Shown here: positions 1 to 13,000 of the stretch, one piece after another
How positions within the stretch are numbered: position 1 is the stretch's first letter
Layout of the letters: each line of letters begins with the position of its first letter
NCBI RefSeq assembly: GCF_031769215.1
Contig: NW_026781901.1
Coordinates: forward strand, 2,232,001-2,296,000
Origin: Ylistrum balloti
Lineage: Eukaryota
Length of the DNA: 64,000 bases
Direction of reading: 5' to 3'
Position numbers and translations under genes: made by a program
Notes under the pieces: generated by a model
Seen by the model: the letters and a program-made list of their open reading frames with translations, nothing else
Databases searched by the model: none
Told to the model about the DNA's origin: nothing

Positions 1-411
1 CTCATACTAGGTTTTCAGCATCACTGATAGTCCTAGAGGACCAAACATCCCTACCTTATTGTAGTATTGAAGTTATACCTATATGACATGGGCATGGAGA
101 GTGATACACTAAAACATTTATCCCTATAGTCAGATTTCCAACTTTTCACGTTTTTGTCAGATGCATTATGTATCTAGTGTTACCCTTGTGTGTCGTGTTT
201 TGTCTCACTCTAAATCAAAGATACTTTATAAATATAAATAGGTACAAGCACATGCATCTCTGACATTTTTTAGTTTATACTCAAGAATTTATGCTTGATA
301 AGAATATAGTAATTATACATCAAAGGACACACAAGATGAAAGTTATGTAATATAAAATTTTAATAATAAACATTTCAGATTACAATAAGTCATGTTGAGC
401 AGGCTTTCCAT

Positions 412-750
412 ATATCTCATAGATGTCTGTCTGATACATCCGTTAGTTGTCTGTCTCATACATCCGTTAATTGTCTCATACATCCGTTAGTTGTCTGTCT
501 CATACATCTCATAGATGTCTGTCTGATACATCCGTTAGTTGTCTGTCTCATACATCTCATAGATGTCTGTCTGATACATCCGTTAGTTGTCTGTCTCATA
601 CATCCGTTAATTGTCTGATACATCCGTTAGTTGTCTGTCTGATACATCTGTTAGTTGTCTGTCTCATACATCCGTTAGTTGTCTGTCTCATACATCTCAT
701 AGATGTCTGTCTGATACATCCGTTAGATGTCTGTCTCATACATCCCTTAG
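412..750. repeat. 24-bp minisatellite, ~14 copies
   Basis: Unit TCTGTCTCATACATCCGTTAGTTG alternates with the variant TCTGTCTCATACATCTCATAGATG. It produces the repetitive ORFs 471..836 and 611..823. Confidence 0.9.
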
Positions 751-859
751 TTGTAGTTGCAGTGATGTCCCTTTTCAGCTCTTCTATTCCCTGTTATTTG
801 GTCAATTTATGTCGAAGTGGTAGCTCTGTAAATTAAACAAGGCAAAAGACTTTTGCAAA

Positions 860-1667
860 ATGGACAAAATCACTGGAAGAGAATTGATTCAATATTTGCA
901 TAAGAAAGGTCTACCAACAATACTAGGGAATGATGACCCTTCATCTGCTAAAGTGGAAAGGTGGATGGTGGAGTTTAAGCGTGACTGGCGGAGTCTTTCC
1001 GATGACACCTGTTCTGGGTGGCCTTTCACTGTTTTAACACCAGAAATGGTCAATAAAGTCCATAATATTGTTATGGCTGACAGGCGAGTTACAGAGGTAT
1101 ATAGCGAGCACAATTGGGATTTCACGGGAAAGAGTACATTCCGTTCTTACGGAAGATATTGCAATGAGAAAGCACTCAGCGCATTAGGTACTAAGTCTTC
1201 AGTTAGTTGATCAGAAGCACACCAAAACGGACAAATAATCAATGGCAGAGATTATTCATCAATTCTTAGGCAGTTAAGAGAAAATATTAAACTCAAACGC
1301 CGCGGAAAAGTCTGTTGTTCCACCAGAACAATGGCCCTGTTCACAAGTCTGTCATTGTAATGGCCGCCATTAACGATTGTGACTTTGAATTGATAGAGCA
1401 GCCGCCTTATTTGCCCGATCTCGCTCCATCATACGTTCATCTAATCCCGGTACCCACTTTCCGTCAGATGATGACATCATACACGCAGTGGAAGACTTTC
1501 TGAACGGTCAAGAAAGGGACTTCTTTAAAGTGGCATTGAGGCTCTCAAACATCGCTGGTCGAAGTGTATAGATACTGCAGGAGAGTATGTTGAAAAATAA
1601 TGCAATATGTCTGCCAAAATTCAATCCCTTAAATATGAGGCCCAAAACTTTTTAATCAGCCCTCGTA
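860..1667 (+). mobile_element. Degenerate, internally deleted mariner (Tc1/mariner) DNA transposon
   Basis: The N-terminal HTH region reads ...VERWMVEFKRDWRSLSDDTCSGWP...VHNIVMADRRVT. C-terminal motifs FHQNNGPVHKS and PPYLPDLAPSY are decayed HQDNAP and YSPDLAPSD. The frameshifted tail ...EALKHRWSKCIDTAGEYVEK* ends at 1600. The right TIR ...CCCAAAACTTTTTAATCAGCCCTCG is followed by TA (1666-1667). No left TIR was found. Confidence 0.88.
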
Positions 1668-1764
1668 TGTTGTTGTTTAAACACTGGGTTCTGGTTATGT
1701 AGTACAATATATCGTCCCTGTGAACAACATGCTGGTTAAAAAGGACACTCATTGGTTGTTAATG

Positions 1765-2220
1765 TATTGGTAGTAAGGGGTCATACCGCCCAATATAGAT
1801 CAGAGTTCTAGTGATCTGGTCCGACACATTGTCCTTGTAAAGACTGGACACGTTGAAAATCTCTCCGAGGTTACATATATAGATAGTAAGGGGTCAATAT
1901 TGCAACATATAGATCGCAGTTCTAGTGATCTGGTCCGACACATTGTCCTTGTAAAGACTGGACACGTTGAAAATCTCTCTGAAGTTACATATATAGATAG
2001 TAAGGGGTCAATATTGCCCAATATAGATCGCAGTCTAGTGATCTAGTCCGACACATTGTCCTTGTAAAGACTGGACACGTTGAAAATCTCTCCTAGGTTG
2101 TATGTATCGGTAGTTACGAGGTCAATAATACCAACTGCATATCACAGTATTAGTATTCTAGTAAAGAACGTGATCTTTGTAAAGTTTGAACATATCGGAA
2201 ATTCTCCTCTAGGTTGTAAT
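1765..2220. repeat. ~114-bp tandem repeat, ~4 copies, just downstream of the claudin-like A stop codon
   Basis: GTGATCT(G/A)GTCCGACACATTGTCCTTGTAAAGACTGGACACG recurs at 1811, 1925 and 2038. ORF 1800..2021 shows the matching 38-aa periodicity. Confidence 0.85.
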
Positions 2221-2224
2221 AGGA

Positions 2225-4929
2225 TTAGTAATAGGGTGCCAAGATAGCTCTCGGGGTAGCCCTGAACGCTATAGGATATGGCGACACAGCAATAGGCCTT
2301 AACGGCTCCGATCTGAGGTTTCTGGACGGCAAACGTGAAGGAGGCGTGACAGAACGTCTGGTTGGAGGGGGCGTGTCACTGGTGTCATAGTTGTTGGTGT
2401 CATCCTCCAGCTCGGGGATGAGAAGGAGGCCAGCTATGATCGCTAAGATTCCTCCCATCACTGTCAGGCCCATGGAGTACCCCACGTAGAAGGGGCTATT
2501 CACATACACCAGCCACAGAATCATCCCTATGGTCACGAAAAGACCTGTTGTACAAAAAATGTCATGTATTGATAAACAAATCACTTACAATTACTTTCAA
2601 AACGGGAACATGAAAGTAAAGAAACCGCGCCTAGAAACGATCGAGGATCAGAAAAATGTTAAGAATATCTCATTTCTACTTAAACGGAAGGACAACACAT
2701 AAACAAAGACGAAATTATAGACCTACGTTGTCTAGTTTGATAAACTCTTCATTGTGGCATATGGTTTCATTAAAGCCGACAACAAAGGAAGTATGATTTG
2801 ATTCAATGGGTAAGCAAAGAGGTGGAAGATCTTGTAAATTTAGGTAATTCAATGTTTTATCTGTTAGCTTTATAACCCGACTTACCTGCCAAGAAACACA
2901 TCATCATACAGACGAAGGCGAACGTCCATGTTCTGAGGTTCTCGCCCACGACGTACAGGAGGACAGCTATTGGTGCTATGAGTAGAATGAGGAGGGCTAT
3001 TACCTCCATAGCTTGGGTGCCACGGTAACCATCTACTCAACAAACAGACATTGTGATGAAATAACAAGGAACATCAGACTTTTCACGCAATAAAAAAGTT
3101 GCAGAACTTTAATGAGAAAATTAAGATTTGCGAAAATAATGTTTGATGAGAGAATGAATTTAACAAATGCCCTTCAAGTAAGTAATTTAGGATATTGGCA
3201 TTAGGCAAGGAAATTGAAAAATGCAGGATGCACGTGAGCGCCACCTTTAGACATCAAATATATAAAATTAAGCATGTTTAAAGAAGTTTTTTTATGGTGA
3301 GGAAGATACCGCTGGTCAAAGCCAATACATATATACTGGATCCTAATCCAAATTATATATGTAAACTACGGGACACTGGAAACGTCAAAACAAGGAAAGA
3401 CGGCGCGAACACAGTATGAACACTGACAATGTCAAAACAAGGAAGGACGAAGGGAACACAACAGGAACACTGACAATGTCAAAACAAGGAATAACAAAAG
3501 GAACACAGTATGAAACACTGGAAATGTCAAAATAAGGAAAGACGGCGCGAACACAGTATGAACACTCGCAACGTTCGAACGATGAAGAACGATTGAAACA
3601 AAATATGAATCACTGGCAATGTCAAAACGAGGAAAGACAGCGGGAACGCTATGAAACCCTGACGACTTCAAAACGAGGAAAGACAGCGGGAACGCTATGA
3701 AACCCTGACGACTTCAAAACGAGGAAAGACAGCGGGAACACTATGAAACCCTGACGACTTCAAAACGAGGAAAGACAGCGGGAAAACTATGAAACCCTGA
3801 CGACTTCAAAACGAGGAAAGACAGCGGGAACGCTATGAAACCCTGACGACTTCAAAACGAGGAAAGACAGCGGGAACACTATGAAACACAGACGACTTCA
3901 AAACGAGGAAAGACAGCGGGAACACTATGAAACCCTGACGACTTCAAAACGAGGAAAGACAGCGGGAACGCTATGAAACCCTGACGACTTCAAGACGAGG
4001 AAAGACAGCGGGAACGCTATGAAACCCTGACGACTTCAAAACGAGGAAAGACAGTGGGAACGCTATGAAACATTGACGACTTCAAAACGAGGAAAGACAG
4101 CGGGAACACTATGAAACCCTGACGACTTCAAAACGAGGAAAGACAGCGGGAACGCTATGAAACCCTGACGACTTCAAAACGAGGAAAGACAGCGGGAACG
4201 CTATGAAACCCTGACGACTTCAAAACGAGGAAAGACAGCGGGAACGCTATGAAACCCTGACGACTTCAAAACGAGGAAAGACAGCGGGAACGCTATGAAA
4301 CCCTGACGACTTCAAAAGAAGAAAGACAGCGGGGACACTATGAAACCCTGACGACTTCAAAACATAGAAAGACAGCGGGAACGCTATGAAACCCTGACGA
4401 CTTCAAAACGAGGAAAGACAGCGGGAACGCTATGAAACCCTGACGACTTCAAAAAGAGGAAAGACAGCGGGAACACGATAAAACCGCCACTGTTAAAACA
4501 ACAAAGTTGGGTTTGACCGTCTTTGAAAGAAGAGAAGAAAGGGCGCGATGCGCGGACAACCGTCGTAATGTGTTACATAAAATTCTGTACGATATATCGC
4601 AATAAGATATCCTTTGAAGTATGCTCATCTCTGCCTTTTTATCCTGGCTGATTATCAGCCTATATATTGCATTTGTATTGTGTTACAAACCGAAGAGAGT
4701 AACAAATATGGAGTTTACCTGTCCTGTACGAGTCTGGCACCGTTCTGTCCGCACAGGTTCCCGCCGAGGTACACGCCTGAGCCTTCCAAAGACCCACCCG
4801 GATTTTGGCCCCGGACGAGAAAGCATAGATCATCCAGGATGTCGTAGCAAACCCAGCTATGAACAGTATAGTTGACAAAATTATAAACAGCAGGGCTAGC
4901 TTCGCCCACAGTGATGCTGTTCCACACAT
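2225..4929 (-). CDS. Claudin/PMP22/EMP-superfamily tetraspan membrane protein A (225 aa)
   Basis: Exons 4929-4719, 3032-2886 and 2544-2225, with GT-AG phase-1/phase-1 introns; 678 nt in total. It has four hydrophobic helices, the W...GLW..C..C extracellular-loop signature (SW...VGLWKAQACTSAGTC), GYSMGL before TM4 and a Pro/Arg-rich tail. Confidence 0.9.
3370..4475. repeat. 46-bp minisatellite (~18 homogeneous copies at 3624-4475 plus diverged copies at 3370-3620) in claudin-like A intron 1
   Basis: Unit AAAACGAGGAAAGACAGCGGGAACGCTATGAAACCCTGACGACTTC; period 46 (e.g. 3661 to 3707). Confidence 0.92.
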
Positions 4930-6070
4930 GTTTGTGTCGCCTCAAACTTTTATAGATTCCATTTGTTAGGAAATGGTAATTAATGTTTTGATCAGTAAGT
5001 ATCTTTAGAATGTGTCGTAAATTATCTTAAGATTTGATTATCTTTAACTTATCCCGATGAAATGAAACCACCTTTCCTTAAAAGATACGAAAAAGACGAT
5101 CTATCCTCTTGAAAAATATATCTTCTCCGATTGAATCGGACCGTATACCGTTATACGTAAAACCGAAAACTAATTCTATACCCTCAGCTAGGCCTATAAC
5201 CTACTCTATTTACACAAAATGATGAAACCTGGTACTAAAATATACACAAAACGTTCAGAACGTCACAAGATCAAGAAGCGAATGACATTTTAATAAAATT
5301 ATCGCGCGTTACTGCATTCTAAAGGCGGCTTGCTTTAACATCAGGCAATAGATAGGATGGCGTACGTGGTTCGCATGGTTAGAGTGCTTGTTGTTGACAA
5401 ATCTCACACAAAGGTGTTGATTTAAATACACTCTTACATAAATACACTCCGAGGGCTGCATCTTGTCTATCATGTAGGGACTTTGTATACTATAAAAAGA
5501 CGTATAATACACAGCGAGATTGACATGGTGTTTACCAAAACAAACCACGTCAACTGAATATCTTCGATGTCAAACCTATTATTATTGAAAAAAGAGATTT
5601 CCAAACTGTTTGAATCTCAGGTTTATGTACAGATCATCAAACCATAATACATATTAGTAACGTAAACACAATTTTTTCGTCGAATAACATTTTTTTACGA
5701 TTGTATTTTAGCAACTTAAATGGTTTTTTTCTCTAGAAAGAAACAAACACTACCTAAATACTCTGTCGTATTATTGATAGCGGAGATATAACCAGACTGA
5801 TGGTACAGGTGGACTAACCGTATTATTTCACAACAGAAAAACGTAATCCATCTTATATTTTTTTTTATATAACACGGGTCAGAGTGACCTGTAGCCATCA
5901 TGCATCTTCTGCTATGTGTAAATTTCTACCTTTCAATTTTTATGTCCACCTGTGGGATTTATTTGAAATTTGCTTGTTGTGATCCTGAGATGGTCCTAAC
6001 CAAGTGTTACTATTTTTTGGGGGGTCAGTTCAAAATCTACAATAACCGTCATAGCCATAAGGATCAATAG

Positions 6071-8534
6071 GACGTGTTCCGTGATCAGTTAGGATGTTCC
6101 GAGTTATCGTCCGGATATCAGTCGTGTTCCGTGATCAGTAAGGATGTCCCGAGTTATCGTCCGGTCATCAGTCGTGTTCCGTGATCAGTAAAGACGTCCC
6201 GAGTTATCGTCCGGTCATCAGTCGTGTTCCGTGATCGGTTAGGATGTTCAGAGGTATCGTCCGCATATCAGTCGTGTTCCGTGATCAGTAAGGATGTCCC
6301 GAGTTATCGTCCGGTCATCAGTCGTGTTCCGTGAGCAGTAAGGATGTCCCGAGTTATCGTCCGGTCATCAGTCGTGTTCCGTGATCGGTAAGGATGTTCC
6401 GAGTTATCGTCCGGTCATCAGTCGTGTTCCGTGATCAGTAAGGATGTTCCGAGTTATCGTCCGGTCATCAGTCGTGTTCCGTGATCAGTAAGGATGTCCC
6501 GAGTTATCGTCCGGTCATCAGTCGTGTTCCGTGATCAGTAAGGATGTCCCGAGGTATCGTCCGGTCATCAGTCGTGTTCCGTGATCGGTAAGGATGTTCC
6601 GAGTTATCGTCCGGTCATCAGTCGTGTTCCGTGATCAGTAAGGATGTTCCGAGTTATCGTCCGGTCATCAGTCGTGTTCCGTGATCAGTAAAGATGTTCC
6701 GAGGTATCGTCCGGATATCAGTCGGTGTTCCGTGATCAGTATCGTCCGGATATGTTCCGAGTTATCGTCCGGTCATCAGTCTAGTTCCGTGATCAGTAAG
6801 GATGTCCCGAGTTATCGTCCGGTCATCAGTCGTGTTCCGTGATCAGTAAAGACGTCCCGAGTTATCGTCCGGTCATCAGTCGTGTTCCGTGATCAGTAAG
6901 GATGTCCCGCGGTATCGTCCGGTCATCAGTCGTGTTCCGTGATCAGTAAGGATGTTCCGAGTTATCGTCCGGTCATCAGTCGTGTTCCGTGATCAGTAAG
7001 GATGTTCCGAGTTATCGTCCGGATATCAGTCGTGTTCCGTGATCAGTAAGGATGTCCCGAGTTATCGTCCGTGTTCCGTGATCAGTAAGGATCAGTCGTC
7101 CGGTCATTCGTGTTCCGTGATCAGTAAGGATGTTCCGAGTTATCGTCCGGATATCAGTCGTGTTCCGTGATCGGTAAGGATGTTCCGAGTTATCGTCCGG
7201 ATCATCATCGTGAGTCGATCCGTGATCAGTAAGGATGTCCCGAGTTATCGTCCGGTCATCAGTCGTGTTCCGTGATCAGTAAGGATGTCCCGAGTTATCG
7301 TCCGGTCATCAGTCGTGTTCCGTGATCAGTAAGGATGTTCCGAGTTATCGTCCGGATATCAGTCGTGTTCCGTGATCGGTAAGGATGTTCCGAGGTATCG
7401 TCCGTTTATCAGTCGTGTTCCGTGATCAGTAAGGATGTTCCGAGTTATCGTCCGGTCATCAGTCGTGTTCCGTGATCAGTAAGGATGTTCCGAGTTATCG
7501 TCCGGTCATCAGTCGTGTTCCGTGATCAGTAAGGATGTTCCGAGTTATCGTCCGGTCATCAGTCGTGTTCCGTGATCAGTAAGGATGTTCCGAGTTATCG
7601 TCCGGTCATCAGTCGTGTTCCGTGATCGGTAAGGATGTTCCGAGTTATCGTCCGGTCATCAGTCGTGTTCCGTGATCAGTAAGGATGTCCCGAGTTATCG
7701 TCCGGTCATCAGTCGTGTTCCGTGATCAGTAAAGATGTTCCGAGGTATCGTCCGGATATCAGTCGTGTTCCGTGATCAGTAAGGATGTTCCGAGTTATCG
7801 TCCGGATATCAGTCGTGTTCCGTGATCAGTAAGGATGTTCCGAGGTATCGTCCGGTCATCAGTCGTGTTCCGTGATCAGTAAGGATGTTCCGAGTTATCG
7901 TCCGGTCATCAGTCGTGTTCCGTGATCAGTAAGGATGTTTCGAGTTATCGTCCGGTCATCAGTCGTGTTCCGTGATCAGTAAGGATGTTCCGAGTTATCG
8001 TCCGGATATCAGTCGTGTTCCGTGATCAGTAAGGATGTTCCGAGTTATCGTCCGGTCATCAGTCGTGTTCCGTGATCAGTAAGGATGTTCCGAGTTATCG
8101 TCCGGTCATCAGTCGTGTTCCGTGATCAGTAAGGATGTTTCGACTTATCGTCCGGTCATCAGTCGTGTTCCGTGATCGGTAAGGATGTTCTGAGTTATCG
8201 TCCGGATATCAGTCGTGTTCCGTGATCAGTAAGGATGTTCCGAGTTATCGTCCGTTTATCAGTCGTGTTCCGTGATCGGTAAGGATGTTCTGAGTTATCG
8301 TCCGGATATCAGTCGTGTTCCGTGATCAGTAAGGATGTTCCGAGTTATCGTCCGGTCATCAGTCGTGTTCCGTGATCAGTAAGGATGTTCCGAGGTATCG
8401 TCCGGTCATCAGTCGAGTTCCGTGATCAGTAAGGATGTTCCGAGTTATCGTCCGGTCATCAGTCGTGTTCCGTGATCAGTAAGGATGTTCCGAGGTATCG
8501 TCCGGATATCAGTCGTGTTCCGTGATCAGTAAGG
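6071..8534. repeat. 50-bp CpG-rich tandem array, ~49 copies, intergenic
   Basis: Unit CGAGTTATCGTCCGGTCATCAGTCGTGTTCCGTGATCAGTAAGGATGTTC; period exactly 50 in most copies, with scrambled units near 6720-6790 and 7060-7220. Confidence 0.97.
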
Positions 8535-10074
8535 TGATTATATAGCAACACCAATGTGCTAGTGGTGGCTAAATAGTTGTATCATTTGTATGATAAAATA
8601 ATTCGTGTTTATGTACAAAATCATTCATGAGAGGTTTATATCTGAACAATATTATTTGAACTTTTTGGCATACATTTACAAAATGGTCGGAGTTACAATG
8701 TTTGATTGTCATGTATATTGAGAAGTTTTGACTTTTTGCTTGCAGTTTAGAGCGAACACATGCAGTTCCTTCCGAAGTGGCAATCATTCATTCTCATGAA
8801 CTTGAGGTTTGTCCGGGTGTAGAGTACAGAATAAGTTTAATTCTAACATAATATCCTAGACTTCAGCCCTTTTCACATACTTTTCTATAGTTGTGCTCAT
8901 CAGCTAAAATGAAAACCTTACTTCAACGTCTTATTGGTTTGTCTGGGGACTACATTTTGTGACTTTCGAGAAAAATAGGCAATGATCAAAGTTTCGAATA
9001 ATGTGAATCCTGCCTATCATTTTACTTCTAGATCTTGAAAAATGAGTATCTAGGGTGAACACTACAGTTTATAAACCATATTTTAATCACCAAAATGATA
9101 TCAAATTATCGATCTAAAAACAGAAAATTCGCTTCCGTGCTGATGGGATATAGCTAGCAATTTATTCCAACATTAATGGAATTGCTTGGCTACATGAGGG
9201 CGTAATTTGATCCCCATCTTTGTAGTCCTGGGTATATTTTTAGGATAACATTGGATAACATTAAGTACAGTTGATTACCGTACTGTTAATGAACAGGAAA
9301 TTGTAATTGTCATATTTTCTGTCGTCATTTGTTATTTTTAATAAATGGCATATTTCAATTTCAATCAGAGTCTGGTTTTGTGTATTTAGAATAAGTATAA
9401 CCCAGGTTACAAACAGAGCACATCCTTTGTTCAGTGCAGCGCTAAATAAGATTTAAATGTCCTCCTGTGTCCGGGTGTCGTCTCACCCACGAACGTCGGT
9501 GTTCTGGCGAAGTGATGTTATATGGATATTCAGTTTTACCTTATTCGTTTGCATTTTTTCTTCGGAGAAAAGACTGCCCTCGAAAATAATGACAGCAACA
9601 TGCAGTGTTTGCATTTTTTGCTTAAGTTCAGATTTAGAGATTGACTTATGTGTAATTTTAACTTGAGTGTAAAAACATAGTTTAACCTTGTGTCGGGCCT
9701 ACTTACATATAAATTGACTATGATTGGTCAATATAACACTAGCTTTTAAATTTGAAGACATATACCTTACACAGATTGTAGAAATAATACTATTTCCGTT
9801 CACCTACAGTATTAACGGACATTTATAAGTTAAGGTCACACATCTGTGTAACCTCAGAATTTCCGTCACAGAGTTGCTTTCTTTGTAGAGGATAGTTATA
9901 TAGAGCGATATCAAAATAAAAAATCTAGCTAGCGGTTAGGTATCGCCCTGGAGAGATCTGGCCAAGATTTGGTTCTGGATAATTACCGACAACATCTGTA
10001 GCTCTGTGTTGTAGTGTTTCACAAGTTATCAACGTGTGAAACCCCTTGTTACCGATCATCTTTCGCAGATCATC

Positions 10075-13000
10075 ATGGCGGCCGCTTTAGGGATTTTCGC
10101 TCTGCTCCTGGTGACATTACCATGTAGTTTTGGTGGCCCCTATTGTAACTTTGATAGGTTAATTCCTCGAGATTTCGACGTCGGTCAGGTAAGTAGTTTT
10201 GTCCTACACCTGTTTATCACTTGATCCAAAGGTTATTTTTTAATATAATTCAATGATGTTGTTAATATGATTCATTTGACGCGGTTTGTCATTCTCATAA
10301 TTTACAATTGGTCTCGGCAATATCGTGGAGATTGAAGGAAAGTTATGCGCCGTATCAATCCACCTAAGACTTGTTAAAAGACGTTTGAATTACATTATTA
10401 TTTGAAATACAATACAGATATATATTTTTCTCCATTCCTTACCTAGTTCTTTGGATTTTGGTACGAGATTGAGAGAACCGAGATGAAGTTTGGTTATTAC
10501 ACTTTTGTGTCACAGACTTGGGGCTTCTTCGAGTCCTACCATAACCTGTATAACATGAAGTTCCACTACGCTGGTCGGTCGTAAGTATCTGTAACAGGAA
10601 ACATACAAAGAAATAACTAGTTCATATTAATTTATTTAGGTTTAGAAACTTAAAGACAACATAACGTTGTTTGGTTTTCTCCGTGATCGAATTAAATTTT
10701 ATCATTAGAACTCTACGGCATCAGTTGGTGGGCAAATTAATAATGATTTAAAGGGGTCCATCACCTTTGTGTGATCTATAGACATATTACAGGCTCGGTG
10801 GTTTACCGTAACTGCATGATTCGTCAAATTGGCACCGCCATATGTTTGTAATTATCCAATATTCCAAATGCACCACGTTTATTTACCCCGATGTTTCGTC
10901 ACTGGATTTGCACACTTTCGAATCCTAGCGTCACTGCAGAGTCCTAAAAATACCAAATAGTGTTTTACCCATTTAAATTGTATGATACTTTCTACACATG
11001 ATCGGTGTCGTGGCATATTCTTCCTATACATGATCGGTGTTGTGGCATATTATATATATACATGATCGGTGTCGTGGCATATTATATATTTACATGATCG
11101 GTGTCGTGGCATATTATATATATACATGATCGGTGTCGTGGCATATTATATATATACATGATTGGTGTCGTGGCATATTATATATATACATGATCGGTGT
11201 CGTGGCATATTATTAATATAAATGATCGGTGTCGTGGCATATTCTTTCTAAACATGATCGGTGTCGTGGCATATTATTAATATAAATGATCGGTGTCGTG
11301 GCATATTCTTTATATACATGATGGGTGTCGTAGCATATTTTTTTCTATACATGATCGATGTCGTAGCATATTTTTCTATATATGATCGGTGTTATGGTAC
11401 GTCTTTACCCTGTATGACTGGTGTTCGTCACTATATCGCATCAGATTAGTAGAGATTAGTGATAAGTGATGGGACGTGCAGTGACCGAGACCTCGTTACA
11501 CTTTATCACTGTTGTTATCTGTGCAATGTTCCGATAATCTGTTTCCATGCTAAGGGATCACTACTCCTGATAGTAGTTACAGTGACTGTGTGATTATCAG
11601 CTTAGATTAACCAGTAACACATGCCAGTGATCTAAAACACTGTACTTTTTTTATGTATGTCGAATAAACTAACACCTTTTTGTGCCGCTAAAGATGAAAA
11701 ACGCCTGAACTACAATTAACTTTTCCCCCGAGGTTTTCATTAATATCTTACACTGATATTCTTTATGTGCGAAAAGCTTGAATTAAAAATAAATGAATAG
11801 AATACATGACGATGTACCGTAGCCAGGTGTAAAACAGTGAGGTCATAATGTTCCCTATGTTTAAGATGTCTTCCTAATGGCCTGGTTCGTTGCTGACATA
11901 CTTAGTTTGTTTTTGGCCTTAATCATCTTGTTGGGTGCCGCAGGTGGCGCGGGTACCACTTATAAACCTTGTTGTAATTGTCTTTTCGTGTTGATAATGA
12001 ATTTAGATTGTAGTCTTGTTGTCTTTTTTGTATCAATAATTCATTCATGTATTCTCGACTTTTCGTGTAGGTAAGGTTATAGTGTAGAATGATATCTAAC
12101 TTGGTTTCTTCCCGTTGTTATTGTCCTGGGGAATTGATAATGATATCTGATTGTGTTGTCAGATTGTTGTGCTCTAAACCTTCAGGATCTGTTAAAACAA
12201 TGAAGTCGTTACAGACCTAAATTTTCTTTCCAGCATTGGGTACTACTGTACCAGAGGCTCTCACGAGATGATACATTACATCGGAGCTCCAGGCAGGTTC
12301 CTCATGCAGGGCACAAATAGTAAGTTGTTCCCCTTGTTTGTACATATTCCTCACGAAATGTCGATTTTAAGGCGTTAAATATGTCTCAGAGGCATTATAT
12401 TATTTTCAGAAAAAACACTTAAAACATTTTACATGACCATTCCCTCTATTTATGGGAATTTCGTTATACACTGATGTGTTCTTAACGCAGGGTTAGCTTT
12501 GAAGATGATTCTAGGCTGGAGGTCGAGTATAATGTTCAATATTTTAAAATAAGAATGAAGATTAATCCATACAGAACAAAATGCAAAATCAACGATTGGT
12601 ATCTGGTAAGTAATTGAAGAGAATTGAAAGAGAACTCTGTAATCTGAAATCGAAATGGACTGACTGTCGGAGCTGGCTAGTCAATACCGGGTATGTCCCC
12701 ATTCGCTCTCTCAACATCCCTGATTCTCCTAGGCATGGAGTTTAGGAGTGAGTTTATCCTCCTCGTTGGGATGTTGGCCCATTCTTCCAAGAGGGCTGCT
12801 CTCAGTTGGGCCAGAGTTACAGGGGGAGGCTAGCGCCGTCGAACCTGTCTATCCAGCTGGTCCCAAAAGTGCTCAATAGAGGATAGGTCGGGACTGTATG
12901 GCGACCAGTCCAGTTGGTGGATATTGTTGTTAGTGAGAAAGTTTCGATAGATCCTCTACATAGAGCCGAGCATTGTCCTGCTGGAATGTGAGGTTGGTTT

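Noticed and set aside
471-836. ORFs with periodic peptides (also 1800..2021, 14284..14466, 32456..32732, 44177..44434, 45375..45584, 59743..59928)
   Set aside because: They are translations of tandem repeats with no splice or homology support.
4947-4954. TATAAAAG on the minus strand near the claudin-like A start
   Set aside because: It is only ~18 nt from the ATG, too close to be a TATA box for this start codon.
6071-8534. Regular array superficially like a CRISPR locus
   Set aside because: The units are contiguous with no unique spacers, there are no cas genes, and the context is eukaryotic.
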